Of a stretch of DNA of 64,000 bases, positions 1 to 8,737 are shown piece by piece. Source of the stretch: an uncultured Planctomycetota bacterium (GTDB lineage: Bacteria > Planctomycetota > Planctomycetia > Isosphaerales > Isosphaeraceae); NCBI GenBank assembly GCA_963737655.1, contig CAVTTN010000002.1, positions 2,080,001-2,144,000 of the forward strand, in the 5' to 3' direction. The position numbers were made by a program, and so were the translations under genes. Each line of letters opens with the position of its first letter. The stretch's first letter is position 1. The notes under the pieces are model-generated. The model made no database searches. It was given only the letters and a program-made list of their open reading frames with translations, and was not told where the DNA came from.

Positions 1-5
1 CTCGC

Positions 6-2147
6 TCAGCGGGCCATCAGGCAGGACAGCCCGCCGGCCGCCGGCAGGTAGCCATTCATGACGTAATCCATGACCATCCGGTCGGCGTTGAACCGCCAGC
101 CCAGCGTCCTCATCCCGGCCTTCTGGAAGGCGATCCACTTCCTCGGCAGGCCGGAGGCGTCTCGGTCGTAGTAGAGCGGGACGACCTTGTCCCGGAGGGT
201 CTCCAGGAGCATGGCGTAATCGCGGTCGTCCTGGACGGCCGGCGCGGAGTGGGTCTGGCCGTGGCCGATGGCGAATCCGTTGGTGCCGTCGTACGCCTCG
301 GCCCACCAGCCGTCGAGGATCGAGAAGTTCAGCCCGCCGTTGAGCAGGACCTTTTCGCCCGACGTGCCGCTGGCCTCCTGCGGCCTCCTCGGGTTGTTCA
401 GCCAGACGTCCACGCCCTGGACGAGGTGGCGGGCCACGTTCATGTCGTAATCCTCGACGAACACGATCCGGTGGCTGAACCGGGAGTCCCGGGACATCTT
501 GATGATGTTCTGGATCAGCTCCTTGCCGAAGTGGTCCTCGGGGTGGGCCTTGCCGGCGAAGACGAACTGGATCGGGTGGTCGGAGGAGTTGACCATCTCG
601 GCCAGCCGCTCGGCGTCCCTCATGACGAGGTTCGCCCGCTTGTAGGTGGCGAACCGGCGGGCGAAGCCGATGGTGAGCACGTTGAGGTCGAGGACGGAGT
701 CGGCGCGGGACCTGGCCTCGTCGCCGTCGCCTCGGCGGGCGGACTGGGCGGCCAGCCTCCGGCGGACGAAGTCGATCAGGCGGGCCTTGAGGACCTGCTG
801 GGTCTCCCAGAGCTCGGCGTCATCGACGTTCTCGATCCCCTTCCAGGTCTGGGGGTCGCGCTGCTTCGTCGGCCAGTCCGGCCCCATGTGGCGGTCGTAC
901 AGCTCGCGCATCTGGGGGGCGAGCCACGTGAGCACGTGAACGCCGTTGGTGATATGACCGATCGGCACCTCTTCCTCGGCCCGATTCGGATACAGGGGGT
1001 GCCACATCCTCCGGGAGACGGCCCCGTGGAGGGCGCTCACGCCGTTGGCGTGTCGCGAGAGCTTCAGGGCGAGCACGGTCATGCAGAACGGCTCGTTCGG
1101 GTCCGACGGATAGACGCGGCCCAGGCCGAGGAAGTCCTCGAACGAGAGGTGGAGCGCCTCGCGGAGCTTGCCCAGGTGCTCCTCGACGAGGTTCGCGGGG
1201 AAGCGGTCGTGCCCGGCGGCCACGGGCGTATGCGTGGTGAAGACGCTCATCGACGCCACGTCGCGGACGGCCTCGGCGAACGGGATCGCCTCGGACTCCA
1301 TCTCCGACCGGATCATCTCCAGGCCCGCGAACGCGCTATGGCCCTCGTTCATGTGGATCACGGACGGATAGATGCCCAGGGCCTGCAAGGCGCGGATGCC
1401 GCCGACGCCCAGGAGCAGCTCCTGGCGGATGCGGACCCGGGCGTCTCCCCCGTAGAGGCGGGAGGTCAGGGCCCGGTCGCTCTCGGAGTTCTCCGGGACG
1501 TTGGAATCGAGCAGGTACAGGGTCGTCCGGCCGACCTCGACCCGCCAGACCTGCGCCCGCAAGGTCCCGGCGTTGGTGTCGATGGCGATGGCCAGGGGGG
1601 TGCCGTCGGCCAGGCGGACCAGCTCGATCGGCAGGAGCTCGGGGTTGGCGTGGAGGTAGGTCTCCTCCTGCCAGCCGTCGGCGTTGAGGCTCTGGCGGAA
1701 GTATCCCTGGTCATAAAGGATGCCGATGGCCACCAGGGGGATGCCCAGGTCGCTGGCGCTCTTGAGGTGGTCGCCCGCCAGGACGCCCAGGCCGCCGGAG
1801 TAGATCGGCAGGCTCTCGTGGAGGCCGAACTCCATCGAGAAGTACGCCACCGGCCGGGACTTCAACGCCGCGGCATACGTGGCGCCCCAGCTATCGTCGT
1901 TCTTGAGGTAGTCGTGGAGCCGGCGGAAGGCGTTGTCGATCCGCGAGTGGAGGGCCATCTCGGCCGTCCGCCGCTCGAGCTGCTCGGTGGAGATCTTCTT
2001 GAGGAACTCGACGGGGTTGTGGTCGGTGGTCCGCCAGAGGACCGGGTCGAGGTCGCGGAACAGGTTGATGACGTTGGGCTGCCACGTCCACCACATGTTC
2101 CGGGCCAGCTCCCGGAGCCGATCGACGATCTGTGCCTGACCCACCAT
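6..2147 (-). CDS. glgP: alpha-glucan (glycogen/starch) phosphorylase
   Basis: 713-aa ORF with LARNMWWTW, YFSMEFGLHESLPIYSGGLGVLAGDHLKSASDLG, HMNEGH, ITNGVH, GFARRFATYKR and the PLP-binding EASGTSGEK motif. Confidence 0.95.
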   Translation of the reverse strand: MVGQAQIVDRLRELARNMWWTWQPNVINLFRDLDPVLWRTTDHNPVEFLKKISTEQLERRTAEMALHSRIDNAFRRLHDYLKNDDSWGATYAAALKSRPVAYFSMEFGLHESLPIYSGGLGVLAGDHLKSASDLGIPLVAIGILYDQGYFRQSLNADGWQEETYLHANPELLPIELVRLADGTPLAIAIDTNAGTLRAQVWRVEVGRTTLYLLDSNVPENSESDRALTSRLYGGDARVRIRQELLLGVGGIRALQALGIYPSVIHMNEGHSAFAGLEMIRSEMESEAIPFAEAVRDVASMSVFTTHTPVAAGHDRFPANLVEEHLGKLREALHLSFEDFLGLGRVYPSDPNEPFCMTVLALKLSRHANGVSALHGAVSRRMWHPLYPNRAEEEVPIGHITNGVHVLTWLAPQMRELYDRHMGPDWPTKQRDPQTWKGIENVDDAELWETQQVLKARLIDFVRRRLAAQSARRGDGDEARSRADSVLDLNVLTIGFARRFATYKRANLVMRDAERLAEMVNSSDHPIQFVFAGKAHPEDHFGKELIQNIIKMSRDSRFSHRIVFVEDYDMNVARHLVQGVDVWLNNPRRPQEASGTSGEKVLLNGGLNFSILDGWWAEAYDGTNGFAIGHGQTHSAPAVQDDRDYAMLLETLRDKVVPLYYDRDASGLPRKWIAFQKAGMRTLGWRFNADRMVMDYVMNGYLPAAGGLSCLMAR

Positions 2148-2373
2148 GCGACGGCCCCCTCAGGGATCGGACTTCGAAGACGGGCGGCCCGGCCCGCCTC
2201 GGCCGGCCGGCCGCCCAATCGGGCGATAGTATGGCGGATCGCGGCGCAAAAGCCAACCCCGCCGGGGCCTCGGCGCCCCTCGCCCTCCTTGCTCTCAGCA
2301 TTGTAGGACACGAAGGCGACCGCAACCGGACCCCGGCGGGCCGTCCGGCCGGGCGGGATGAAGGCGTCGCCCG

Positions 2374-3771
2374 TCACGCCGACCTCGGCCGCCTCGCCTT
2401 CGTCCCGGACCGTCCGGCGTCGGGCTCGGCCCCCCGGGCCATCTCGATCTGGAAGGCGAGCCAGCCGAACGACGCCAGCGCGACGACCAGCGCCCAGACG
2501 TTCATGTCCTTCTTCAACAGCGTGTCGTAGAGCCCGTGGAGGAGCATCGGCACGGCCAGGACTCGCAGGATGAACACGATGTAATCCGGCCATTCCTGGA
2601 CCGTCTCGTACCAGTCGATCCGCCGGGCGATGGCGATCCCCACCGCGGCCGACCACATCGCATGAAGCGCCACGCAGGAGACGAACCTCACCACGTAGAT
2701 CTCGGCCCCGCTCAGGCCGTTGTACGAGTCGGCCGAGTACATGATCCCCTCGGAGACCCCGAAGCCCACGCCCGAGGCGAATCCCCAGAGGCACGCCCCT
2801 CGCCACCCCATCCGGCTGTCATCCCTCTTGAAATAGAGGAGGAGCGGGATCGCCTTGGCCAACTCCTCGCAGAGGCCGACCCCGCACGTGAATCCGATCG
2901 CGCTGAGCAGGAGGTTGCTGTCCGGGTCCAGGGCCGATCGGTACGACCAGCCGATGAACGCCAGGATCGCCATGATCAGGATGCCCCACCCCCGCCCTCG
3001 AATCTGGTCGAAGCGGATCTGGGAGCACCACTGCACCGCCATCAGGAACAGGATGCCGGCGGTCCCGGTGAACGCCCCCACGCCCAGGAGATGGAACGAT
3101 CGGGCCCTCTCCACCGAGAAGAAGAGCAGGGTCAGCAGCAGGAACGCCACCGCGGCGATCGCCGCATATGCCCAGTGCATCATGGAGTCGTGGGCCAGGT
3201 GCGCCCCGGCCAGGCGCCCGCCCGGCATCGCGGCCAGGAGTTGTTCCTTGGTGACCCCTCCCGGCCGATTCATGGCCGCCAGGGCCCGATCGACCTCCGC
3301 CGGGGAGGCGCCCTCCAGGGTGGCCGCGATCCGCTCCTCCAGGTCCGTCTCGTCCCGGGTCCCCAGGAGCGAGACGATCAGGGGGATCATCGCGAGGAGC
3401 AGGAGAAGATAGGAATACTCGCGAATCGAGGACGACGAGGCCGCCGCGTCCATCGCCGGGCGGGGCGGAGGCGTCGGCCGGGCGAACGGCGACGGCGGCT
3501 CGGGCGAGAATCGAGGGGCCGAGATCGAGTGGAACGTCGAGGAGGCCGGCGGCCCGTCTTCGAAGAGCGACGATCGGGCCGGCGACGCGGGCTTTTCCTT
3601 TTCCGGCTCGCCCGGGTCGCCCAGGCCCAGGGGCAGGCCGTCCTCGTCCAGGAACGAGGGGGACGGGATCGTCAGGACGGCCCCGCAATGGGGGCATTTC
3701 GTCCTCTTGCCCGCCAGGTCGTCGGCCGCCCTCAAGTCCTGACCGCAAGAGCAGGGGAACAGGATCGGCAT
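2374..3771 (-). CDS. PrsW-family intramembrane glutamic/metalloprotease with N-terminal zinc ribbon
   Basis: Likely start MPILFPCSCG...KCPHCG (Zn ribbon), Pro-rich linker, several TM helices, and PrsW motifs GLCEELAK, GFGVSEG, HAMWS, LHGLYD. Confidence 0.85.
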   Translation of the reverse strand: MPILFPCSCGQDLRAADDLAGKRTKCPHCGAVLTIPSPSFLDEDGLPLGLGDPGEPEKEKPASPARSSLFEDGPPASSTFHSISAPRFSPEPPSPFARPTPPPRPAMDAAASSSSIREYSYLLLLLAMIPLIVSLLGTRDETDLEERIAATLEGASPAEVDRALAAMNRPGGVTKEQLLAAMPGGRLAGAHLAHDSMMHWAYAAIAAVAFLLLTLLFFSVERARSFHLLGVGAFTGTAGILFLMAVQWCSQIRFDQIRGRGWGILIMAILAFIGWSYRSALDPDSNLLLSAIGFTCGVGLCEELAKAIPLLLYFKRDDSRMGWRGACLWGFASGVGFGVSEGIMYSADSYNGLSGAEIYVVRFVSCVALHAMWSAAVGIAIARRIDWYETVQEWPDYIVFILRVLAVPMLLHGLYDTLLKKDMNVWALVVALASFGWLAFQIEMARGAEPDAGRSGTKARRPRSA

Positions 3772-3817
3772 CGGAAAGCCCCGGGGGAGGACTCCGCAAG
3801 CATCCATGATTCTTGAC

Positions 3818-3845
3818 AGGATAATCGACGTTCGGCGGTTGTCGA
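3818..3845 (-). promoter_or_regulatory. possible sigma70-like promoter for the PrsW-family gene
   Basis: Minus strand TCGACA-N16-TATCCT about 47 nt upstream of the ATG at 3771; consensus match only. Confidence 0.25.
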
Positions 3846-4022
3846 GGCGCCGGTCGAGGAAATCGCGGACGGCGGCGAGGTCCGGGAAGTCTTAATCGAA
3901 TCTTCGGGATCGGCCATACCCGCTCTTCACGGCCCGGGCGGATCGTAGGAGGCCCCGATCGGAGCGACCCCCGATCGGACGGGCCATCCTCCGCCCAGAT
4001 CGACCCCCGGAAAGGCCACGAG

Positions 4023-5057
4023 ATGACCCATCGACCCGTCCGACGATCGGGCTTCACCCTGATCGAGCTGCTGGTGGTGATCGCGATCATCGGCGTGCTG
4101 ATCGCCCTGCTCCTGCCGGCCGTCCAGGCCGCCCGAGAGGCCGCCCGCCGGGCCCAGTGCACCAACAACCTCAAGCAGATCGGCCTGGCGTTCCACAACT
4201 TCGAGCAGTCCCGAGGCTTCTTCGCCCCGACCTGGGCGATCCGCGACGAGTTCCTCGCCGGCGCCCCGGGCCTCCCGCTGACCAACCCGAACTACATCCC
4301 CCACTGCCCCCCCCAGCTTGCCGAGGTTTGCAGCCACCCCTATTCGATCCAGGCGTGGGTCCCCTTCATCATGCCGTTCACCGAGCAGGTGCCGCTCTAC
4401 AACTCGATGAACCTGGGGATCGCCTTCCCCTCGCCCGAGAATTCCACGGCCGTCGGCACCACGTTGAACTTCATGCTCTGCCCGTCCACCGCCGGCAACA
4501 ACCGGATGGAGCCGTTCACCAACCCCTTGACCGGCCAGACGTTCCAGCTCGCCCCGGGCGACTACGCCGTCGATGACGGCGTGGACATCGGCTGGATGGA
4601 CGCCAACAACGTCCCCCACCCCCCGGGCCAGATCGCCTACGGGATGCTCAAGGGCAACTATTGCCGGACCGCCGCCGAGGTCTCCGACGGCCTCTCCAAC
4701 ACCATCATGGTCTCCGAGGACGCCGGGCGGCCCAACCTCTACGTCCGGGGCTCCCAGCTCCAGTTCGGGACGAGCTACCCGTGGTACAACGGCGGGACCC
4801 CCCCGACCCAGTCCAACCAGGGCTCTGGCGCCGGCTGGGCCGACTACGGCAGCGAGTTCTACACCGACGGCGACGGCTCCCGCGAGCACACCAACTTCAG
4901 CAGCAACAACGAGGTCTATTCGTTCCACCCCGGGGGCGCCAACCACGTCTTCGCCGATGGATCGGTCCACTTCATCAAGGCGAGCATCAACGCCAAGGTC
5001 TTCGTCTCCTTGATCACCTTCGGGGGCGCCGAGATCGTCTCGGGCGACTCCTTCTGA
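4023..5057 (+). CDS. DUF1559 domain protein with prepilin-type N-terminal cleavage/methylation site and H-X9-DG C-terminal motif
   Basis: [47 protein letters not shown] at the N-terminus and [14 protein letters not shown] at the C-terminus. Confidence 0.95.
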   Translation: MTHRPVRRSGFTLIELLVVIAIIGVLIALLLPAVQAAREAARRAQCTNNLKQIGLAFHNFEQSRGFFAPTWAIRDEFLAGAPGLPLTNPNYIPHCPPQLAEVCSHPYSIQAWVPFIMPFTEQVPLYNSMNLGIAFPSPENSTAVGTTLNFMLCPSTAGNNRMEPFTNPLTGQTFQLAPGDYAVDDGVDIGWMDANNVPHPPGQIAYGMLKGNYCRTAAEVSDGLSNTIMVSEDAGRPNLYVRGSQLQFGTSYPWYNGGTPPTQSNQGSGAGWADYGSEFYTDGDGSREHTNFSSNNEVYSFHPGGANHVFADGSVHFIKASINAKVFVSLITFGGAEIVSGDSF

Positions 5058-5138
5058 TCGGCACCCTCTCGGCCGTCGAGGCCCTCCATCCCCTCGACGG
5101 CCGACCTTCTCCCCTCCGACGACGAGGCCCGAACCGAG

Positions 5139-5612
5139 ATGACCGAATCCTCGCCTCCCCGGGCCCGGCCCCTCTGGCCGGTCCTTGCCGTCCTCGCCCT
5201 GTCGTCGTGCGCCGACCCCGATTCCGGCCACGTCACGGTCCATCCGGCCCGCGGCCAGGTCCTCTACCAGGGCAAGCCCCTGGCCGAGGCCCTGATCGTC
5301 CTCCAGCCGGTCAAGCCTTCCGAAAAGGACCAGGACGCCAACGCCCCGCCGCGCCCCACCGCCCGATCCGACGCCGACGGCCAGTTCCGGCTCCAGACCT
5401 ATTACACCGACGACGGCGCCCCGGCCGGCGAGTACCTCGTCTCGGTCTCCCTGCCGCCCGCCCCGACCGAGAATCGCGACCTGATGAAGAAGGAGACCCC
5501 CAAACCGGCCAGGGACGTCCTCGGCAACCGCTATCTCTATGCCGACAAGTCCGGCCTGAAGGTCGAGATCAAGCCCGGCGAGAATGTCCTCAAGCCGATC
5601 GATCTCAAGTAG
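5139..5612 (+). CDS. DUF1559-associated lipoprotein (carboxypeptidase regulatory-like / transthyretin-like fold)
   Basis: Lipobox-like LALSSC, then GQVLYQGKPL...SDADGQFRL...GAPAGEYLV...SGLKVEIKPGEN; typical partner downstream of DUF1559 genes. Confidence 0.75.
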   Translation: MTESSPPRARPLWPVLAVLALSSCADPDSGHVTVHPARGQVLYQGKPLAEALIVLQPVKPSEKDQDANAPPRPTARSDADGQFRLQTYYTDDGAPAGEYLVSVSLPPAPTENRDLMKKETPKPARDVLGNRYLYADKSGLKVEIKPGENVLKPIDLK

Positions 5613-5659
5613 GATCGGCGGCGGACCCGGTTTCGGTCCCGCGATTCGGAGGAGAGGTC

Positions 5660-6784
5660 ATGCCCAAGCCCTTCGCCTTGATCCTCGGCCTGCTCGCGGT
5701 CCCCCCGGCGGGGGCCGAGGGCGAGGTCCGCCTGAACCAGATCCAGGTCATCGGCACTCACAATTCGTACCATCTCGCCCCGCATCCGAACGTCCTGGCC
5801 CTGATCGCCGCGACGAACCGCAAGGGGGCCGAAGCCCTGGACTACGCCCATCGCCCCCTGGCCGAACAGTTGACCGAGCTGGGCATCCGCCAGGTCGAGC
5901 TCGACGTCTTCGCCGACCCCGACGGCGGCAAATTCGCCCGACCGGCCGCCCGCGCGATCCTCAAGGCGGCCGGAAAGGACCCCGGGCCCGACCCCGACGA
6001 CGGCGGCTCGCTCGACCGCCCCGGCCTGAAGGTCTTGCACGTCCAGGACATCGATTACCGGACGACCACGCCGACGTTCCTCGACGCCCTGAAGGCCATC
6101 CGGGGCTGGTCGAAGGAGAATCCGAGGCACGTGCCGATCCTCGTCCTGATCGAGCTGAAGGACGACGCCATCCCCGCCCTGCCGACCCGCCCCCAGCCCT
6201 TCGGCAAGGCCGAGCTCGACTCGGTGGACGCCGAGATCCTCACGGTCTTCAAGAAGGCCGAAATCCTGACGCCCGACGACGTTCGGGGCGACTTCGCGAC
6301 CCTTCCCGAAGCCCTGAAGACCCGGGGCTGGCCGAGGCTCGACGACGTTCGCGGCAAGGTCATGTTCGCCCTGGACAATGAAGGATCGATCCGGGATCGC
6401 TACCTCGAAGGCTACCCCGCGTTGAAGGGCCGTCTCCTCTTCGTCAGCGTGAATCCCGACCACCCCGCGGCGGCCTGGATGAAGGTCAACGACGCCCCGA
6501 AGGATTTCGACCGGATTCGCGACCTGGTCCGCCGGGGATTCCTCGTCCGGACCCGCGCCGACGTCGATTCGGGCGAGGCGAGGCGCGACGACCCCTCGCG
6601 ACGGGACCAGGCCCTGGGCAGCGGGGCCCAGTTCGTCAGCACGGATTACCCCGAGCCTCGCAAGGAGTTCTCCGGCTACAAGGTCCGCCTCCCGGGAGGC
6701 GTGAAGGCCCGGGCCAACCCGGTGATCGGAGACCCCGGACTCGCCGGGGAAGACCTCGAAGGACCGACCCTCGGCAAGCCGTGA
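5660..6784 (+). CDS. secreted phosphatidylinositol-specific phospholipase C-like phosphodiesterase
   Basis: ATG at 5660 after GGAGGAG; signal peptide; LNQIQVIGTHNSYH, GIRQVELDV, VLHVQDID, HVPILVLIELK, GAQFVSTDY. Confidence 0.8.
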   Translation: MPKPFALILGLLAVPPAGAEGEVRLNQIQVIGTHNSYHLAPHPNVLALIAATNRKGAEALDYAHRPLAEQLTELGIRQVELDVFADPDGGKFARPAARAILKAAGKDPGPDPDDGGSLDRPGLKVLHVQDIDYRTTTPTFLDALKAIRGWSKENPRHVPILVLIELKDDAIPALPTRPQPFGKAELDSVDAEILTVFKKAEILTPDDVRGDFATLPEALKTRGWPRLDDVRGKVMFALDNEGSIRDRYLEGYPALKGRLLFVSVNPDHPAAAWMKVNDAPKDFDRIRDLVRRGFLVRTRADVDSGEARRDDPSRRDQALGSGAQFVSTDYPEPRKEFSGYKVRLPGGVKARANPVIGDPGLAGEDLEGPTLGKP

Positions 6785-7316
6785 GCGGAGGGGCGGCGGG
6801 CCGACGGGCGGGGCGGGCGGGGAGGTTCATGGTCGATCACCGGGACGACGGGCGCAGGGCCGGAAGGCCCGATCCACCTCGGGCCCGCTGAAGGGACATC
6901 ATCGCGGGCCGACCCGTCGGGCGATCACCCAATCCGATCCGAGGCGCCGGCGGGGCCGTGAACGGACCGCCTCCCGGCCCCGGGCGAGCGCCCGCGATTC
7001 GAGGCGCGAAAACCGCCGTCCGGCCCGGCCGGTCGCGCGCCGGCCCCGCTCCCGAACGCCGCAATCCCCAGGGATTTCCGACGATCGAACCATATCAGTT
7101 CGCACGTGCGAATCCCGGCGATGGTACGAGTCGCTGCCATCGACGAAACCCCGGGATTGACCTCTCGAAACGACGATTGGGCGCGAAAAGTGTAGTCAAG
7201 TTCGCCGTTTCGAAGAAATGCACGAATCCGAATCCCGGACCAACGTCGATGGTCGCGGACCGATCCACGAGTGCGAGGACGAAACCTGCGAATCACGCCG
7301 GGACCCGATCGATCCA

Positions 7317-8495
7317 TCAGGACATGCGGGGTCGCCTCGTCCTCCGACGGAAGAACCCGAGTCCTCCGGTCGCCCCGGCGAGGAGCAGGAGGATCGACGA
7401 GGGCTCGGGGACCGCGTTGATCCGGTAGTCGGCGACCAGGGGCAGGTGATCGGAGACCTTCGTCAGGTCGGAGAGGATCGTCGCGGCCTGGCTGGGCGAG
7501 TAGCGGCCGGCGGTCAGCTCGTTGGCCAGGGCCGAGGCGCTGCCGGTGGTGATGGCCTGGTGGTTGGTGTGCGTCCCGGTGTTGCCGAAGGCGACCACCG
7601 AGCCGTCGATCAGGCCCAGGGCGCCCGTCCCGTCGGCGACCGCCGGGGAATTCAGCAGGAGGTCGTCGCGATAGCGCATCCCGGTCGTCGATTGGCCGGT
7701 GAAGGAGGCCGTCGTCGCGGGCGAGGCGGTCTGGACCTGGAGGCTCGTGAAGTTGCCCGAGAGCGGGTCGACGCCCTGGTTGCCGTGGGAGCCGGCGGCG
7801 GTCACGGCGAGGTAGCCCGGGTCGTTGGCGTTGCTCGTCGGGTTGTAGTCCCCGGCGTAGAGGATCGACGAGCCGGCCGGCAGGGCATTGGCCGCCGAGG
7901 CGACGAGGTTCCCCTCGACGCCCCGTCGCGAGAGGTCGCTGGCCGTCGATCCCGACTTGAAGTGGTCGTTGAACAGGTAGAAATCCGACGCCGACGAGTA
8001 ACCGACCGGCTGGAACTCGTATTCCATGACCTGCCGGGCCACGCCGCTGCCCGAGGGCGTGCCCAGGGCCCACTGGCCGATCAACTGGACGGTCGTGGTG
8101 TTGTAGATCAGGGTCTGGGGGCCGTTGCCGGTCAGGTTGCCGTCGGTCTTGCCGTTGAGCGTGGCCGCGGCGTACGGCGAGGGGTTGGCGGCGGTCCCGT
8201 AAAGCCCGTTGAGGACGTTGACGTACCCCTGCGCGGTGGGGTTGATCCCGGTCCCGCTGTAATACACCGATTCCTGGAGGGCCAGGATATCGACCGGCCG
8301 GGCCGGGGCGTTGGGGGTCACGCTCTCGAAGCCGATGGCCTTGAGGACGTCGCTGGCGCCGGTCCTGGGGAGGTAGTCCACGTTGTTGTGGCCGCTGACG
8401 TCGTTGGCCGTGTTGTACGTGACCACGCGGATGTCCTGGGCCCCGGCCGATCCCGCGGCGATCAGGGCGAGGGCGAGCGTCAGGAAGCGGATCAT
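7317..8495 (-). CDS. endonuclease/exonuclease/phosphatase (EEP) family protein with PEP-CTERM sorting signal
   Basis: Signal peptide MIRFLTLALALIAAGSAGA; EEP motifs VVTYN, LALQE, NDHFKS, AGDYN, SDHLP; C-terminal VPEPSS-TM-RRRTRR. Confidence 0.85.
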   Translation of the reverse strand: MIRFLTLALALIAAGSAGAQDIRVVTYNTANDVSGHNNVDYLPRTGASDVLKAIGFESVTPNAPARPVDILALQESVYYSGTGINPTAQGYVNVLNGLYGTAANPSPYAAATLNGKTDGNLTGNGPQTLIYNTTTVQLIGQWALGTPSGSGVARQVMEYEFQPVGYSSASDFYLFNDHFKSGSTASDLSRRGVEGNLVASAANALPAGSSILYAGDYNPTSNANDPGYLAVTAAGSHGNQGVDPLSGNFTSLQVQTASPATTASFTGQSTTGMRYRDDLLLNSPAVADGTGALGLIDGSVVAFGNTGTHTNHQAITTGSASALANELTAGRYSPSQAATILSDLTKVSDHLPLVADYRINAVPEPSSILLLLAGATGGLGFFRRRTRRPRMS

Positions 8496-8737
8496 GGGGG
8501 AGGATTCCGTCGGGTTTCGAGGAGGATCGGGCCCGGACCGTCCCCGGTCCCTCGCCGTCGATCCGGCGCGGCGCGAGATGGCATCAGGGTCAATCTCAAG
8601 ATTTGGCGACGACACCACCGGAACGGCGGCCGACGGCCGGAGCGGCGGACGGACGGGGTCCGCCGAAACGCGTCGAAGGGTCGTTCTTAGCCCGCGACCG
8701 AGGGGGCGTGCAAGGCGGATCGGGCCCGAATCGCGGC

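Noticed and set aside
249..2306. 685-aa plus-strand ORF opposite glgP, and similar long antisense ORFs (18742-22560, 21833-26902, 47102-50494, 58352-61930)
   Set aside because: Shadow frames expected at this GC content; Arg/Gly/Pro-rich, no motifs, and they overlap well-supported genes on the other strand
4661..5659. N-terminal extension of the 707-aa ORF 4661-6784
   Set aside because: It overlaps the DUF1559 and lipoprotein genes in another frame; the ATG at 5660 has an RBS and a signal peptide
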